This document shows positions 18,230 to 29,084 of a DNA stretch of 64,000 bases, one piece after another. The position numbers and the translations under genes are program-made. Origin of the DNA: Anaerolineae bacterium (GTDB lineage Bacteria > Chloroflexota > Anaerolineae > S140-20); assembly GCA_027021705.1 (NCBI GenBank), contig JALUTT010000176.1, positions 1-64,000 of the forward strand, in the 5' to 3' direction. How positions within the stretch are numbered: position 1 is the first letter of the stretch; each line of letters starts with the position of its first letter. The notes below the pieces were generated by a model. That model saw only the letters and a list, made by a program, of their open reading frames with translations. It had not been told where the DNA came from and did no database searches.

Positions 18230-19402
18230 ATGCACCGGTTTCATCGTTTCTGGACCCTTCTGTTGCTGATCCTCCTGGGCGGGACCATGCTGCCCGGAGC
18301 CGCCCTGGCTGCTCCCCAATCTCCAGACCGGCGCCTCGCCTGGGAGGGAAAGGATGCCGCCTGTGCCCGTCAGATCGTCTGGGACGGAAGGCTGCGCTGT
18401 CTCGACTACCTCTTCACCACCCCGGCCTCGGTGATCGCCCTGCTGCGCCTGCCGGCCACCCTTCCCCCCCTGGAGGTGGAACCCCTGGAGAACGAGGCGA
18501 TGAAGGAGATCCTCCCCTTCACCTACGCCTACGTCAACCAGAACAACGTCCCCGTCTACCGCCATCCGGCCGAGGGCGTCGCGGGCGCTCCCCCCAAGCG
18601 GATCCTGGAGTACGGCTACCTCTGGGTGAGCGTCGAAGGAAAAGTGACCTACGAGGGAAGCCAGTGGTATCAGATCAACGAGGGTGAGTACGTACCCGCC
18701 TCGACCTTGAGCCTCTACGAACCCTCCCGCTTCCGAGGCATCTTCCTCCCCACCCAGCCGGCCACCCCCTTCGCCTGGATTCTCCGCGCCGTGCGCCCCC
18801 GCCAGACCCCTGGTGGGGAGGTCAACCCAGAGGCCCCGCTGCGCCGCCGCTATGAACTGGTCAACATCCTGGAGGCCCGCCAGATCGGGGATCAGGTCTG
18901 GTACCGCATCGGCCCCGACCAGTGGATCAACCAGATCTACGTCGGCAAGGTAGAGGTCACCTCCCGCCCCCCAGAGGTCGGTCCCAACGAGAAGTGGATT
19001 GACGTTAACCTCTTCGAGCAGACTCTGGCGGCCTATGAAGGGGATCGGATGGTCTACGCCACCCTCGTCTCCAGCGGCCTGCCCGGCTGGGATACCCCCC
19101 CTGGCCTCTTCCGCATCTGGGTCAAGGTCAAGCACGGCAAGATGAGCGGATCCGTGGGTAAGCCAGACTACTACTACCTGGAGGATGTTCCCTGGACGAT
19201 GTACTTCAACCGGGACATCGCCCTCCACGGAGCCTACTGGCACGACAGCTTTGGCTACAGGCACAGCCACGGTTGTGTGAACCTGGCACCGGCCGATGCC
19301 TACTGGCTCTTCCAGTGGACCACACCCTACGTCGGCCCCGACGGCCCCCGAGTGGTTTACGCCAAGGACAACGGCACGTGGGTCCGGGTCCGGGAGCGAT
19401 GA
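18230..19402 (+). CDS. L,D-transpeptidase (YkuD domain), secreted
   Basis: Signal peptide; TPPG, ALHGAYWH...SHGCVNL. Confidence 0.92.
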   Translation: MHRFHRFWTLLLLILLGGTMLPGAALAAPQSPDRRLAWEGKDAACARQIVWDGRLRCLDYLFTTPASVIALLRLPATLPPLEVEPLENEAMKEILPFTYAYVNQNNVPVYRHPAEGVAGAPPKRILEYGYLWVSVEGKVTYEGSQWYQINEGEYVPASTLSLYEPSRFRGIFLPTQPATPFAWILRAVRPRQTPGGEVNPEAPLRRRYELVNILEARQIGDQVWYRIGPDQWINQIYVGKVEVTSRPPEVGPNEKWIDVNLFEQTLAAYEGDRMVYATLVSSGLPGWDTPPGLFRIWVKVKHGKMSGSVGKPDYYYLEDVPWTMYFNRDIALHGAYWHDSFGYRHSHGCVNLAPADAYWLFQWTTPYVGPDGPRVVYAKDNGTWVRVRER

Positions 19403-21144
19403 AAGAAGGCACTTCTCCTAAAAAGCCGGGAAGGCCGGGAGGACCGGGCCTGCGGGCATGGCTCTGGAGCCTGCTCTTGCCCGGTCTCCTCCTGCTGATG
19501 ACGCTGGCCTGCGGGGGGGAGAGAGCGCTTCCCTCGCCCCCGCCTCCCCTTTCCTCACCCACCCCCTTCCCGCTGCCGCCACCGACATCGCCCTCCATCC
19601 CGTCTCCTACGCCCCCACCAACGCCGACGCCCATCCCCCTCTCCCTGGCGGCCGGGGTGCCCATCCCGCTCCAGCAGGCAGCCACCGCCCTCATCGAAGC
19701 CTACCCCAACCGCTACCGTCCGGCCGGCGACCGTGAGGGCGGAGGTGTACAGATCCAGATCGCCCCCCCCACCCCCGCCGGCCCAACCATCGAGTGGGTC
19801 TACGCCCTCGTCGCGCCCTTCCCCACCATCCCCGATGGCGTCGCCTGGGCCGACGTGGAGGCGGCCTGGGACGGAACACTGACCGAGGGGCCGTTCGCCC
19901 ACCGGCCGCTGCTGATGAGCCCGGCGACAGAGGCCGCTCTGGCCCAGGCCGTCTTTGGTCGGCCCCCCGGCCCCGACGCCGTCCTCGCCCTCCCCGCCGA
20001 ACAGCTCCTCGACCGGGCCTGGGCCGAGCGCCCCGCCTGGGCCATCGTCCCCTTCGAGGCGCTGGAGCCTCGCTGGAAGGTGCTGCGCGTAGACGGACGC
20101 TCCCCGCTGGACCGGGGGCTGGACACCCGGCAGTACCCCCTGGTCGTCCGCCTCGGCGTGACCGCCTCCGACCCGGAGTTGGCGGCCCGCTTTCTGGCCG
20201 ACGCGACGCTGCCCCTCACCAACCGGGACGAATCCCAGATGACCGTGCTACTGATGACCGGCGTCACCGCCCTGGTACGGGCCACCGCCTGGAAGATGGA
20301 GCAGAAGGGCATCCTCTACCCGGCCCAAGACATCGGCGATTGGCTGCGGTCGGCGGACATCACCCACATCAGCAACGAGATCCCCTTCGCCGAGGACTGC
20401 CCCTTCCCTAACCCGGTCCAGGAGGACCTGGTCTTCTGCTCCGATCCCCGCTACATCGAACTGCTGGAGTCCATCGGGACGGACATCGTGGAACTGACGG
20501 GCAACCACTTCGCCGACTATGGAGCCGAAGCGACCCTGCTGACGGTGGCGATGTACGAGGAGCGGGGCTGGCCCTACTACGGCGGGGGGCGCAACCTGGC
20601 CGAGGCCCAGCGGCCCGTCACCATCACCCACAACGGGAACACCTTCGGCTTCCTGGGGTGCAACCCGGTGGGGCCGGCCTTCGCCTGGGCGACGGAGGAA
20701 CAGCCAGGCGCGGCCCCCTGCGACTTCGACCTGATGCACGCCCAGATTCGGCAGTTACGGGCCCAGGGGGTCCTGCCCATCGTCACCTGGCAGTACTGGG
20801 AGTTCTACGACTACGCGCCCACGCCCCAACAGCAGGCCGACTTCCGGGGGATGGCCGAGGCCGGCGCCGTCATCGTCAGCGGCAGCCAGGCTCACCACCC
20901 CCAGGCCATCGAGTTCTACCGGGGGGCCTTCATCCACTACGGCCTGGGGAACCTCTTCTTCGACCAGATGGACGAACTGGAGACGCGGCAGGAAATCCTG
21001 GACCGCCACGTCTTCTACGCCGGTCGGCACATCAGCACCGAACTGCTGACGGCGATGCTGGAGGAGTACGCCCGTCCTCGACCGATGACCGAGGAGGAGC
21101 GCCGCCAGCTCCTGGAAGCCCTCTTCGCCGCCAGTGGCTGGTAG
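19399..21144 (+). CDS. CapA/PGA_cap family metallophosphoesterase-like lipoprotein
   Basis: Lipobox LAC, Pro/Thr linker, GNHFADYG, GSQAHHPQ, YGLGNLFFDQ. Confidence 0.88.
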   Translation: MKEGTSPKKPGRPGGPGLRAWLWSLLLPGLLLLMTLACGGERALPSPPPPLSSPTPFPLPPPTSPSIPSPTPPPTPTPIPLSLAAGVPIPLQQAATALIEAYPNRYRPAGDREGGGVQIQIAPPTPAGPTIEWVYALVAPFPTIPDGVAWADVEAAWDGTLTEGPFAHRPLLMSPATEAALAQAVFGRPPGPDAVLALPAEQLLDRAWAERPAWAIVPFEALEPRWKVLRVDGRSPLDRGLDTRQYPLVVRLGVTASDPELAARFLADATLPLTNRDESQMTVLLMTGVTALVRATAWKMEQKGILYPAQDIGDWLRSADITHISNEIPFAEDCPFPNPVQEDLVFCSDPRYIELLESIGTDIVELTGNHFADYGAEATLLTVAMYEERGWPYYGGGRNLAEAQRPVTITHNGNTFGFLGCNPVGPAFAWATEEQPGAAPCDFDLMHAQIRQLRAQGVLPIVTWQYWEFYDYAPTPQQQADFRGMAEAGAVIVSGSQAHHPQAIEFYRGAFIHYGLGNLFFDQMDELETRQEILDRHVFYAGRHISTELLTAMLEEYARPRPMTEEERRQLLEALFAASGW

Positions 21145-21180
21145 CGCGAGGCAGAGCAGTGGAATCTAGGAGGCGAGAAG

Positions 21181-21540
21181 ATGGCCAAGGCAAGGCGTCC
21201 TACGGCAATGGAGTTCGGCTCGATGCCCCTGGACCCCAAGTATGCCTGGGGGAGGGTGTACGAGCCGGTGGAGGAGATGCTGAACCAGTTGAGCCGGCTG
21301 CTGGAGGAGATCGCCAAAGAGGTCTACTACGGCAAGGAGTTCACCGACCCCGAACTGGAGGACCGCATCCTCTCCCGCCTCGACGAACTGGTGGAACAGG
21401 GGGTGCTGGAGCGGATGCCGGACGAGGAGGGGGCGATGTGGAAGCGGGTGCTGGGGCGTCGCAAGTACCTGCGAGCCCAGCGGGTCCGCATCAAGCGCAT
21501 GGTCGAGTACTGGCGAGACCATGGCGGACCCGACATCTAG
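21181..21540 (+). CDS. Hypothetical protein, 119 aa
   Basis: AGGAGG RBS, host-like codon usage, charged helical composition. Confidence 0.75.
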   Translation: MAKARRPTAMEFGSMPLDPKYAWGRVYEPVEEMLNQLSRLLEEIAKEVYYGKEFTDPELEDRILSRLDELVEQGVLERMPDEEGAMWKRVLGRRKYLRAQRVRIKRMVEYWRDHGGPDI

Positions 21541-21739
21541 CGGCGTTTGAACCACCGGCCGATATGCATATGCAGGAAGCAGGGTTCAACAAAACAGAGC
21601 GTCCGTTTGATCCGGTCATGCAGCCTCTCCTGGACGTTGTTCGTTCGAGGCAGACCTATCCTGAGACATCGGCAACCCCGACATCCCAATGCGTTTGTTC
21701 GTTCTCCCCTCCGTTGACGAACCCCCGTCCCGGAGCCCC

Positions 21740-23188
21740 TCAGACCTCGGCCCCCAGAACCCGCCCGGCAGCCTCCTGAGCCTGGCGGATGCAGTCGGGA
21801 AGGCCGATCCCCCGGTAGGCGGCCCCGGCCAGGATCAGCCCCGGATGCTCGCCCAGCACCTCGTCCAGTTCCTGCAACCGCTCCAGATGGCCCACCCGAT
21901 ACTGGGGCATCGCCCGGGGCCAGCGGTGCACCCACACCCGCACGGCCCGGCCCTCCAGGCCCAGCAGGTCCCGCAGCTCCTCCCAGGCCAGGCGGCCCAG
22001 TTCCTCGTCGTCCTGAGCCAGGACCCCCTCTTGGCCGGCCCGTCCGAAGAAGCAGCGCAGCAGGACGAAGCCCTCCGGCGCCCGCCCCGGCCACTTGGAA
22101 GCGCTCCAGGTGCAGGCCGTCAGCGCCCGCCCCTCGGTGCGGGAGACGACGAAGCCGGTGCCGTCCAGCGGATGGGCCACCTGCTCCCGGCGCAGGGCCA
22201 GCGTCACCACGGCGGTGGAGGCGTAGGCGATGTCGGACAGCAGCTCGGCGGCCTGGGGGCTCAGGGAGGCCACCATCTCGGCCGCGGCGTAGGCGGGCAC
22301 CGCCAGCACAACGGCGTCCGCCTCGATCGCCCGCCCCTCGGCCAGCCGCAGTCGGTAAGCGGGTGCCGTGTTCCGCCGTTGGACCTCCACCACGCGCTGG
22401 CCCAGGATCACCGAGACGTCCGGGGTCTCCCGCAACCGGGCCTGAAGCGCCTTCACCAACTCGCTCAGGCCCGACCGCAGGGTCCTGAAGGGAGATCGGG
22501 AGACGGGAGCTTTCGGAGGCGCGGAGGCCGGGGGACGTCGGCGGCGCACGGCCAGGGTTCCGGCGATCAGGCTCCTGTGTCGGCGTTCCATCTCTCGGAA
22601 GCGGGGGAAAGTGGCCAGCAGGCTGAGCTGGTCGGCGTCGGCGGCGTAGATGCCGGCCAGCAGCGGCTCGGCCAGCCGCTCCAGCGCCTCGCGGCCTAGC
22701 CGTCGCCGCACGAAGTGGCCCAGGGACTCATCCCCCCCGTCGCGCCGGGGCGGCACCAGGAGGTCCAGCCCCATCCGCAGCTTGCCCCAGGGGGAGAAGA
22801 GGTCGCTGCGCAGGAAGGGGCCGAAGCGGGTCGGCACCAGCCCCATCACCCCCTCCGGCAGCCGCCGCAGCCGCCCCCCCACCAGCACGAAGGTCTTGTG
22901 GTTCTGGGGCTGCGGCCCCACCACCTGATCAGCCAGCCCCAGCTCTTGGCAGAGCCGGAGCGCCCAGGGCTTCGTCGTCAGGAAGGCGTCCGGCCCCCCC
23001 TCGACGAGGAAGCCGTCCTCCCGCTCCGTCAGCACCTTGCCGCCCAGCCGGGGCCCTGCCTCGATCAGGTAGACCTCCAAGGGCCGCTGCTGAGCCCGGG
23101 CCTGGGCCTGCAGGAAGTAGGCGGTGGCCAGCCCGGTGATGCCCCCGCCGACAATGGCGATCCGTGAAAGGGCTCTGTTTTCGCTCAT
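21740..23188 (-). CDS. hemY: HemY-type copro/protoporphyrinogen oxidase
   Basis: IAIVGGGITG, RLGGKV, EGGPDAF, MPQYRVGH, GIGLPDCI. Confidence 0.93.
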   Translation of the reverse strand: MSENRALSRIAIVGGGITGLATAYFLQAQARAQQRPLEVYLIEAGPRLGGKVLTEREDGFLVEGGPDAFLTTKPWALRLCQELGLADQVVGPQPQNHKTFVLVGGRLRRLPEGVMGLVPTRFGPFLRSDLFSPWGKLRMGLDLLVPPRRDGGDESLGHFVRRRLGREALERLAEPLLAGIYAADADQLSLLATFPRFREMERRHRSLIAGTLAVRRRRPPASAPPKAPVSRSPFRTLRSGLSELVKALQARLRETPDVSVILGQRVVEVQRRNTAPAYRLRLAEGRAIEADAVVLAVPAYAAAEMVASLSPQAAELLSDIAYASTAVVTLALRREQVAHPLDGTGFVVSRTEGRALTACTWSASKWPGRAPEGFVLLRCFFGRAGQEGVLAQDDEELGRLAWEELRDLLGLEGRAVRVWVHRWPRAMPQYRVGHLERLQELDEVLGEHPGLILAGAAYRGIGLPDCIRQAQEAAGRVLGAEV

Positions 23189-23200
23189 CGTTCTCCATTG

Positions 23201-23322
23201 AGAACTGTTCATCCTCCCGCAGGTTAGGCGCGTTTCCGACGCGAAACCGTGCTTCCAATAGCCCATCGGGGCCGAAAGCGCCCTCGACCGGTGACCTGCG
23301 GGAGGGGAGGCTGAATAGATAC
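23201..23322. mobile_element. MITE copy 2
   Basis: AACTGTTCA...TGAATAGATAC; interior near-identical to the other copies; TSD degenerate. Confidence 0.85.
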
Positions 23323-23390
23323 CTTCAAGGTGTAAAGGGCAGGGTGTCAGGACGGCCGTCGGGTTGCCCCGGCGTGGTGTCGAACGACCG

Positions 23391-24380
23391 TCAGGTCACC
23401 CCTACGTCGTGCCGGAGGAGGGTGGTCTGCTCGCCGCGAGCGGCATTCCAGACCACGTCCCGGAGCGCTTGGATCAGGCGGGGATCGTCGTTGAGGGAGT
23501 CGGTGCGCTCCAGGTGCATCCCCAGCCCCTCCGCCTGCTCGCGGGCTTCGATCTCCAGGTCGTAGAGCACCTCCAGGTGGTCGGCGACAAAGCCGACGGG
23601 GCAGACCAGCACCGCCGGCACGCCCTGACGGGCCAGCCTCTCCAGCACCTCCGACAGGTCCGGTCCCAGCCAAGGTTCGGCGGTGTGGCCGGCGCTCTGG
23701 TAGGCGAAACGCCACCGCGTCGCCTCCAACCCCACCCGCTGGACCACCCCGACGCAGGTCTCGTGGAGGTGGCGGGGATAGGGGTCGCCCCACTCCAGGA
23801 TGCGCTGGGGCAGGCTGTGGGCGGTGAAGATGAGGATCAACCGCTCCCGCTCCGCCGGCGAGAAGCGCTCCAGGCCCCGCTGAACGCGATCCGCCAAGGC
23901 TTCCAGGAAGAGAGGGTGCGTGTGCCAGTGCTCAACAAAGCGGAGGCGCAACGGGGCCTGGAGTTCCTGCAGAGCCTGTTGGGCGGCTTCGATGTAAGCG
24001 CCGACGCTTAGACGGGAGTAGTGGGGGGCCAGGGAGAGCCCGACGGCGTCCCGGACCCCGTCGGCGGCCATCCGGGCGATGGCCTCGCCGATGAAGGGCC
24101 GCCAGTGGCGCATGCCCACGTAGACGCGGAAGCCCTCGGCACCGGCTGCCACCGTACCGTTGAGGGCCGCTTCCAGGGCGCGGGCTTGGGCGCGGGTAAT
24201 CTCCAGGAGCGGGGAGCGTCCCCCGATACGCCGATAGCGGGCCTGGAGCGCAGCCACGGCGGTGGGGGAGGGGCGGCGTCCGCCTCGGATGTGGGTGTAG
24301 TAGGCCTCCACGTCCTCCAGGCGGTCTGGACTGCCGTAGGCCATCAGCAGGACGCCGATGGGAGGGTCGGAGTTCGGCAT
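23391..24380 (-). CDS. hemH: Ferrochelatase (HemH/CpfC)
   Basis: LLMAYGSP, FTAHSLP, YQSAG...PWLGP, GFVADHLEVLYDL. Confidence 0.95.
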   Translation of the reverse strand: MPNSDPPIGVLLMAYGSPDRLEDVEAYYTHIRGGRRPSPTAVAALQARYRRIGGRSPLLEITRAQARALEAALNGTVAAGAEGFRVYVGMRHWRPFIGEAIARMAADGVRDAVGLSLAPHYSRLSVGAYIEAAQQALQELQAPLRLRFVEHWHTHPLFLEALADRVQRGLERFSPAERERLILIFTAHSLPQRILEWGDPYPRHLHETCVGVVQRVGLEATRWRFAYQSAGHTAEPWLGPDLSEVLERLARQGVPAVLVCPVGFVADHLEVLYDLEIEAREQAEGLGMHLERTDSLNDDPRLIQALRDVVWNAARGEQTTLLRHDVGVT

Positions 24381-24391
24381 CGGTGAGCACC

Positions 24392-25441
24392 TCATCGTGT
24401 CGTCGGACGTTCCGTGCGTTCGTGGATCAGAGTGGCCAGGCGTCTCAGGGTGTCGGGAGGTGTCTGGGGGAGCACGCCGTGGCCCAGGTTGAAGATGTGA
24501 CCGGGCCGGCCATCGGCCTGGTCCAGCACCTCCAGCGCCCGTTGCTCCACCCGCTCCCAGGGGCCGAGCAGGAGGGCCGGGTCCAGGTTGCCCTGGATGG
24601 CCGTCCGGTAGCCCAGCCGCTCCCAGGCCCAATCCAGCCCCACCCGCCAGTCCACGCCGATGACGTCACCGCCGGCCTCCTGCATCAGCGGCAGCAGCCC
24701 GCCCGTGTTGACGCCGAAATGGATGAGGGGCACCCCGGCCCCTCGCAGCTCGGCGAAGAGACGGCGCATATGGGGCAGGACGAAGGTCCGGTAGTCGGAC
24801 GGCCCCAGGCAGCCGACCCAACTGTCGAAGATCTGGAGGGCCTGGGCCCCGGCCCGCGCCTGGGCCTTCAGGTAGGCGATGATGGCCTCGGTCAGCCGCT
24901 CCAACAGCCGATGGGCCAGGGCCGGCTCCCGGTAGAGCAGCGCCTTGGTCTGGGTGAAGGCGCGGGAGGGGCCGCCCTCGATCAGATAGCTGGCCAGGGT
25001 GAAGGGGGCCCCGGCAAAGCCGATGAGCGGCACCTGAAGCTCCCGGCGCAGGAGCCGGATCGCCTCCAGCACGAAGGGGAGGTCCGCCTCGGGCTCCAGG
25101 GGGCGCAGCCGCTCCACATCCTCGGCGCTGCGGATCGGCCTCTCGAGGACGGGACCGACGCCCGCCTCGAAGCGGAAGGGAGCGCCCATCGGCTCCAGAG
25201 GGAGCATGATGTCGGCGAAGAGGATGGCAGCGTCCACCTCCATCTGGTAGACCGGCAGGAGCGTGACCTGGACGGCCAACTCCGGCGTCTTGCAGAGGGT
25301 GAGCAGGTCGTACCGCTCCCGCAGGCGGCGGTACTCCGGCTGGTAGCGACCGGCCTGGCGCATAAACCAGACGGGGGTGCGGTCCACCGGCTGGCGGCGG
25401 CAGGCCCGCAGGAAGCGGTCGTTGAAAGGGGGCGCGCTCAT
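24392..25441 (-). CDS. hemE: Uroporphyrinogen decarboxylase
   Basis: [33 protein letters not shown]. Confidence 0.97.
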   Translation of the reverse strand: MSAPPFNDRFLRACRRQPVDRTPVWFMRQAGRYQPEYRRLRERYDLLTLCKTPELAVQVTLLPVYQMEVDAAILFADIMLPLEPMGAPFRFEAGVGPVLERPIRSAEDVERLRPLEPEADLPFVLEAIRLLRRELQVPLIGFAGAPFTLASYLIEGGPSRAFTQTKALLYREPALAHRLLERLTEAIIAYLKAQARAGAQALQIFDSWVGCLGPSDYRTFVLPHMRRLFAELRGAGVPLIHFGVNTGGLLPLMQEAGGDVIGVDWRVGLDWAWERLGYRTAIQGNLDPALLLGPWERVEQRALEVLDQADGRPGHIFNLGHGVLPQTPPDTLRRLATLIHERTERPTTR

Positions 25442-26724
25442 ACCACCTCCTGCAGAGCCTGTCGGACGGCCTCCAGGGTGTAGGTCACGTCCACGGCGGT
25501 GTGGGCCAGGGAGACGAACCAGGACTCGAAGGCGGAGGGAGGCGGATAAATGCCCCGGTTCACCAGCCCCCAGAAGAAGCGGGCGTACCGCTCGGCATCG
25601 GCTGCCTTCGCCGAGGCGTAGTCTCGGACGGGCCGGTCGGTGAAGAAGGGGGTCAGCATCGAGCCCACCCGGTTGATCTGGAGGGGGACGCCGGCCTGGC
25701 GGGCGGCTTCCTCCAGCCCTTGGGCCAGCCGTCCTGCCCGCTCCTCCAACTGCTCGTAGGTGCCGGGCTGGGCCAGCACCTGCAGGGTGGCGATGCCGGC
25801 GGCCATCGCCAGGGGGTTGCCGGAGAGGGTGCCGGCCTGGTAGACGGGACCGAGGGGGGCCAGTTGGTCCATCACCTCCCGCCGTCCACCGTAGGCACCC
25901 ACCGGCAGCCCGCCACCGATCACCTTCCCCAGACAGGTCAGGTCAGGCTGGATGCCGTAGAGGCCCTGGGCACCGCCGTAGGCGACCCGGAAGCCGGTGA
26001 TCACCTCGTCGAAGATGAGGAGAGCGCCGTGCTCCTGGGTGAGCCGCCGCAACCCCTCTAGGAAGCCGGGGACCGGCGGGACGACGCCCATGTTGCCGGC
26101 CACGGGCTCCACGATCACCGCCGCGATCTGGTCGGGGAAGGTCTCGAAGAGGGTGTTCACCGCCTCCAGGTCGTTGTAGGGGGCAACCAGCGTGTCCTGG
26201 ACCACGCTGGGGGGAACGCCGGCGCTGCCGGGTAGCCCCAGCGTCGTCACACCCGAGCCGGCCTGGACCAGAAGGAGGTCGGCGTGGCCGTGATAGCCCC
26301 CGGCGAACTTGACGATCTTGGGACGTCCGGTGTAGGCGCGGGCCAGACGGAGAGCGCTCATCGTCGCCTCGGTGCCGGAGTTGACGAAGCGGACCTTCTC
26401 GATGGCCGGCATCGCCTGGTGGATGAGACGAGCCAGCTCGATCTCCCGCTCCGTCGGTGCACCGTAGCTGGTCCCCTCTTCGACGGCGGCCTTGAGGGCG
26501 GCTACCACCTGGGGATGGGCGTGGCCCAGGATGAGGGGACCCCAGGAGCCGACGTAGTCCACCAGCTCGTGGCCCTCGGCGGTGTAGATATGGGAGCCCT
26601 GCCCCCGACTGATGAAGAGGGGGGTGCCGCCCACCGCTTTGAAGGCCCGCACGGGGCTGTTCACCCCGCCGACGAGCCACCGTTGGGCTTCCTCGAAGAG
26701 TCGTTGGGAACGGGACCAGTTCAT
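25438..26724 (-). CDS. hemL: Glutamate-1-semialdehyde 2,1-aminomutase
   Basis: [43 protein letters not shown]. Confidence 0.97.
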   Translation of the reverse strand: MNWSRSQRLFEEAQRWLVGGVNSPVRAFKAVGGTPLFISRGQGSHIYTAEGHELVDYVGSWGPLILGHAHPQVVAALKAAVEEGTSYGAPTEREIELARLIHQAMPAIEKVRFVNSGTEATMSALRLARAYTGRPKIVKFAGGYHGHADLLLVQAGSGVTTLGLPGSAGVPPSVVQDTLVAPYNDLEAVNTLFETFPDQIAAVIVEPVAGNMGVVPPVPGFLEGLRRLTQEHGALLIFDEVITGFRVAYGGAQGLYGIQPDLTCLGKVIGGGLPVGAYGGRREVMDQLAPLGPVYQAGTLSGNPLAMAAGIATLQVLAQPGTYEQLEERAGRLAQGLEEAARQAGVPLQINRVGSMLTPFFTDRPVRDYASAKAADAERYARFFWGLVNRGIYPPPSAFESWFVSLAHTAVDVTYTLEAVRQALQEVV

Positions 26725-27884
26725 ACCAGCACCTCCTGGCTCCGGGGTTGGTAGGGGCAGAGGGGATCGCTGCCCAGCGGATCGCCGCTGTCGGCGTAAG
26801 CCCGGGCTCGCGAGCCCCCGCAGATCATCCGAAACTCGCATCGTCCGCACTTCCCGGCGTAGAGGTCGGGATTGCGCAGGCGCTGAAAGAGAGGGGCGTG
26901 GCGGTAGATCTCGACGGGGCTCTGCTGGCGGACGTTGCCGGCCGTCAGGGGCAGGAAGCCGGACGGATAGACCTCGCCCCGGTGGGAGATGAACATGATG
27001 CCGTTGCCGTCGCGGATGCCGAAGCCCCGCCCGATAGAGGTCCGCCGGATCTGGTCGAGGGTCATCCCCTCCCGGCGCAGATGCTGATAGGCCACACGCC
27101 GGAAGTGCATCGCCTCGGTGGTCTTGATGACGAAGGGGGCCTCCAGGGCCCATCGGTAGAGCTGCTGGAGGAGCTGCTCCGCCTGGGCGGAAGTGATGGG
27201 GCGCAAGACCGTCCCCCGCCCCACCGAGATCAGGAAGAAGAGGCTCCAGCGGGCGATCCCCAGATCGCGCATCAGGGCGTAGATCTGCGGGATGTCGTCC
27301 AAGGTGTCGGCGGTGATGAGGGTGTTGATCTGGAGCGGGATTTCCATCTGGTGGGCGGCCTGGATGGCTTCGAGGGTCCAGTCGAAGCAGCCCGGCACGC
27401 CGCGAAAGGCGTCGTGTTTCTCGGCGGTGGAGCCGTCGAGGCTGAGGGACATGCTCTGCACCCCCAGGGCCTTGAAGGCCTCGATGGTCGAGCGGGTGAG
27501 GCGGTTCGTCCCGCTGGGGGCGACGGAGAGGGGCAGTCCCAGTTCAACGGCGTACTCGATCAGCTCGAAGAGGTCTGGGCGGTGCAGCGGATCTCCGCCG
27601 GTGATGACGACGTGGGGAGGCGGCTCACCGAAGGCCCGCAATTCGTCGAGCAGGCGCTTGCTCTCCTCGGTGGTGAGCTCCAGGGGGTGGCGATGGGGGA
27701 TCGCCTCGGCGCGACAGTGACGACAGGTCAGGTCGCAGGCCAGGGTCAGTTCCCAGTAGACGAGGATGGGCCGGTCATCAAAGACCAGCCGCCCGTCCAT
27801 ACTGGGGTGGAAGGCGCGGGCCGCAGGCAGCCGTCGGCCGGCCGCTCCTCCCGGCGTCGGCGTGAGAGGTCTCGTGATCGTCAT
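26721..27884 (-). CDS. Radical SAM/SPASM protein (NirJ/AhbD-related, TIGR04053-like)
   Basis: [16 protein letters not shown] (CxxxCxxC), ITGGDP, C-terminal [20 protein letters not shown]...DPLC. Confidence 0.88.
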   Translation of the reverse strand: MTITRPLTPTPGGAAGRRLPAARAFHPSMDGRLVFDDRPILVYWELTLACDLTCRHCRAEAIPHRHPLELTTEESKRLLDELRAFGEPPPHVVITGGDPLHRPDLFELIEYAVELGLPLSVAPSGTNRLTRSTIEAFKALGVQSMSLSLDGSTAEKHDAFRGVPGCFDWTLEAIQAAHQMEIPLQINTLITADTLDDIPQIYALMRDLGIARWSLFFLISVGRGTVLRPITSAQAEQLLQQLYRWALEAPFVIKTTEAMHFRRVAYQHLRREGMTLDQIRRTSIGRGFGIRDGNGIMFISHRGEVYPSGFLPLTAGNVRQQSPVEIYRHAPLFQRLRNPDLYAGKCGRCEFRMICGGSRARAYADSGDPLGSDPLCPYQPRSQEVLV

Positions 27885-27930
27885 ACGTGCTGTCTCCTTG
27901 AGTCCACAACGGATCGGGGATTCCGCCGGC

Positions 27931-28911
27931 CTACGCAGCCGCCAGCCAGCGGGCTGCGTCGCAGGCGAAGTAGGTGATGATCAGGTCGGCGCCGGCCCGC
28001 CGGATGGCGGTCAGCATTTCCAGGGCCACCCGCCGCTCGTCGAGCCAGCCCCGCAGAGCGGCGGCCTTGACCATCGCGTACTCCCCACTGACGTTGTAGG
28101 CGGCGATGGGCACGTCGAAGGCCCGGCGGGCGTGGGCGATGATGTCCAGGTAGGCCAACGCCGGCTTGACCATCACGATGTCGGCCCCCTCCTCCAGATC
28201 GAGGCGGATCTCCTGCAGCGCCTCGCGGACGTTGGGCGGATCCATCTGGTAGCCGGACCGGTCGCCGAAATGAGGGGCCGAGTCTGCCGCATCCCGGAAG
28301 GGGCCGTAGAAGGCGGAGGCGTACTTGGCCGCGTAGGCGAGGATGGCCACCTCGGGGAAACCGGCCTCGTCCAGCGCCTGGCGGATGGCCCCTACCTGGC
28401 CGTCCATCATCGCGCTGGGAGCCACCACGTCGGCCCCGGCGGCGGCGTGGGAGACGGCCACCCGACCCAGCAGGGGCAGCGTCGCGTCGTTGTCCACCGT
28501 CCCCTCCCGCACGATCCCACAGTGGCCGTGGGCGGTGTAGGCGCAGAGGCAGACGTCGGTGATGACGGTCAGCTCCGGCACGGTGCGCTTCAGGAGGCGC
28601 ACGGCCTCCTGGACGATGCCCTCCTCGGCGTAGGCTTCGGAGCCCTCGTCATCCTTGTGGCCTGGCAGGCCGAAGAGGAGGACGGCGGGGATGCCCAGTC
28701 GGGCCACCGCTTCCGCCTCCTCGGGGAGCCGGTCCAGGGAGAGCCGGTACTGGCCCGGCATCGAGGGGATCTCCTCCCGCACGTCGTGGCCGGGCCGGAC
28801 GAAGAGGGGGTAGATGAAGTTGTCGGCGCTCAGGCGCGTCTCACGGACCATCCGGCGCAACGCCTCCGTCCGGCGGAGGCGCCGGGGCCGTACCTTGGGA
28901 AACCCTGTCAT
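27931..28911 (-). CDS. hemB: Porphobilinogen synthase
   Basis: [36 protein letters not shown]. Confidence 0.97.
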   Translation of the reverse strand: MTGFPKVRPRRLRRTEALRRMVRETRLSADNFIYPLFVRPGHDVREEIPSMPGQYRLSLDRLPEEAEAVARLGIPAVLLFGLPGHKDDEGSEAYAEEGIVQEAVRLLKRTVPELTVITDVCLCAYTAHGHCGIVREGTVDNDATLPLLGRVAVSHAAAGADVVAPSAMMDGQVGAIRQALDEAGFPEVAILAYAAKYASAFYGPFRDAADSAPHFGDRSGYQMDPPNVREALQEIRLDLEEGADIVMVKPALAYLDIIAHARRAFDVPIAAYNVSGEYAMVKAAALRGWLDERRVALEMLTAIRRAGADLIITYFACDAARWLAAA

Positions 28912-28964
28912 CGCTCATCCTCCAGATCCCGAACTGCTGAGCGGCGAGTCCCGATGCTCGCCTC

Positions 28965-29084
28965 GTAACTGTTCACCCTCCCGCAGGTGAGGCGCGTTTC
29001 CGACGCGAAACCGTGCTTCAAATAGCCCATCGGGGCTGAAAGCGCCTCCGACCGGTGACCTGCAGGAGGGTAGGCTATAGATGC
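28965..29084. mobile_element. MITE copy 3, inserted in the hemD 3' end
   Basis: GTAACTGTTCA...ATAGATGC flanked by a perfect 8-bp direct repeat CTCGCCTC (28957-28964 and 29085-29092). Confidence 0.9.

Noticed and set aside
23201..23322. Heme-pathway riboswitch
   Set aside because: The copy at 18059 lies in the opposite orientation relative to transcription and in an unrelated operon; terminal repeats and TSDs point to a MITE.
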